From Lobosporangium transversale (lineage: Eukaryota): a DNA stretch of 64,000 nt. Shown one piece after another: positions 62,018 through 64,000 of the stretch. A program made the position numbers and the translations under genes. The stretch lies in assembly GCF_002105155.1 (NCBI RefSeq), contig NW_019028993.1:186001-250000 (forward strand), in the 5' to 3' direction. The first letter of the stretch is position 1. Every line of letters begins with the position of its first letter. The notes under the pieces are model-generated. The model ran no database searches and was not told where the DNA came from. It saw only the letters and a program-made list of their open reading frames with translations.

Positions 62018-63787
62018 TACTCCAGGACCAATCATGTGGAACCGAAGGCATAGGCATTACACTTGTATCTACAATAACTCGATCAAAGGAAGAAAAACAA
62101 GATCAATTAACATCGCAAGATTACAACACTGCATTATTACAAATGTTTGAAAATTACAATTAACGCCCGATAAATAAAGGATTGTTTTTTTTTTTTTTTT
62201 TTTTTTACCTTGAACTGGCCGAGTCTTGATCGCAATATTTTCCGAGGCTGATTTAGGGAGACGCACAATGTCTAGATTCGTTTGATGAAAAATGTCTTTT
62301 TAGTAAAGCAAAAGCATTTTTTAAAAAAGGCTTTTTTTTAAGCTTTTTTTTTTTTTTTTTTTTTTCTTTTTTTTTCTTAAAAAAAAAAAAACTCACCATC
62401 TCGACCCATGGTTTCGCCTAGAGTAGCATCTGTGTTTGGACCCTTCTTCCCATTGGTGTTGTTTCCTCCTGTTGCCGTCGTAGCATTATTAGTTGTAGTA
62501 GTAGTGGTGGTGGTAGTAGTGGTGGAAGTTGCTCCGTTTTTAGGATACTCCCCTATATTATCAAAAGTTAAACCAAAGATGCCTCGGGCTGTGTTGGCAA
62601 AACCACCAGATGAGGGAGAAGAAGGGATGAGGCCTTGCCATTGCTCATAAGCTTCGAAACAGCCTATGCAAGCTCTACTCATGACGCCCATCGCTGGATT
62701 GAAATCCAATGCATAATCCAGTGGAACTGACTTTGAGCAATGAGCACTGCAAAAGATATCGCCACACCTAATGGAATAAAATGGAGAGAGAGAGAGAGAG
62801 ATCTAGGGTTAATAAATAGGTTGATGAACAGATGAACAAAAACCAAAGTAAGAAAGAATTAAAAAAAACCTTGGACATACTTGCGACAATGGTGTCTTCG
62901 GTCAAAGAAGCCAAACTCCAGGTGACATCCAGGCCAAGTGCAGACCTGAGTACTGCTATCGGGCTAAATATTATTGATTAGACATGATTGGGCGGATTAT
63001 TAATAAAAAGTTGTTCCTGTTACGAGACAGAAATGGATCAAAGAATAAGACAAATCCAAATCTTTTTTTTTTTTTTTTTTTTTTTAGCGCTCAATTTTTA
63101 ATAAAAATAACGTTTTCTTATTTGAGCAAAAAAAGAATTAAAAAAGTTGTTGGGTATCTATCCTCTTTCTTTGGAAGAAAAAAAAAAAAAAAAAAAAAAA
63201 AAAAGATAATGATGTTGCCATGTACATGAAAAAAAAAACCACTTGCAGCAATATCAATTTAACAACAAAGTTAAAAAGTAAACAATTAAAACAATTAATT
63301 ACAACAAAGAAAAGAAAGGAAAAGAAAAAAAAAAAAAAAAGTCTAAAGAGGGGGCAATCAGGGGCATACCTTCCAATGAGCTCGACTTGGTCCTGAAGTC
63401 GTACCGTAGAAACTATTACTACGTTCCGATCGATAAGAGCTGGTCAAGGGTCCTGAAAAGTTCTTTTGTGGAGACGAATTCTCTGTCGCACCCTTGTTGT
63501 GGACTGTGCCATTCGTTCCTTTGACTCCATTCACAGAATGACTTTGTGCATCAACCCTCGGAGATTGTGATGGCGATTGCTGCTTCTGTTGTTGTTGAAG
63601 CATACGCTGTTGATGTTCTTTTTGTTGCTGTTCCAAAACTGCTTGTCGATACTGTGGTGGCAATTGGGAGTGTTTATTCGCAATATCCTGCATAGTCGGA
63701 GGTGCACCCAAAACAGTCTGTTGCTGTTGTTGTTGCTCTAAAAGTGCTTGTCGATATTCTGGTGGCAACTGTGAATGTTGCTGTTTC

Positions 63788-63820
<33 letters not shown>

Positions 63821-63918
63821 GGTTGTTGGGCCGAAGGAGCCATTGTAGCGGGCTTATCAACTTGTGCTCTTGTCAGATGCGTGGGCCTCTGTTTCTTTGT
63901 AAGAGAATATACGTCCAT
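62010..63918 (-). CDS. PIB2: Pib2-like FYVE-domain protein (multi-exon)
   Basis: Spliced HWK|PDSSTQVCTWPGCHLEFGFFDRRHHCRK|CGDIFCSAHCS...RACIGCF is a FYVE domain (WxxD, RRHHCR, RxC). The C-terminal SVPHDWSWSTF-stop resembles the Pib2 tail motif. Q-rich N-terminus. Confidence 0.8.
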
Positions 63919-64000
63919 TGAGAGATTAGAAAATTAGGAAATTAGGAAATTAGAAATTAGGAAACTAAAGAGAAAGAGAAAAAAGAAAAAGAAAGAGAAA

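Overview
Eukaryotic fungal DNA with GT-AG introns and very long poly(A)/poly(T) tracts; gene content points to Mortierellaceae (inference). Host genes sit on both flanks: a secreted Cys/Trp-rich prepropeptide, proteasome beta-4 (PRE1), a PY-motif membrane protein, an annexin, three paralogous single-pass membrane proteins and a Pib2-like FYVE protein. Between them lies a ~40 kb island (~13.9-53.8 kb) of nested transposons and Crinkler (CRN) genes. The island holds a dead CryptonF tyrosine recombinase, an intact PIF/Harbinger, three Tc1/mariner families, two Ty3/Gypsy chromovirus families and several MITEs. Highlights: (1) two inverted CRN-NTPase-nuclease genes that are near-identical except for a swapped NTPase core and header; (2) two independent antisense self-insertions, LTR-in-LTR and Tc1-in-Tc1, each with TSDs; (3) an 86-bp LTR; (4) a -1 frameshift pseudoknot conserved across both LTR families; (5) a DD39E transposase; (6) an 8-Cys/8-Trp candidate bioactive peptide. 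All calls come from reading the sequence; no database searches were run.
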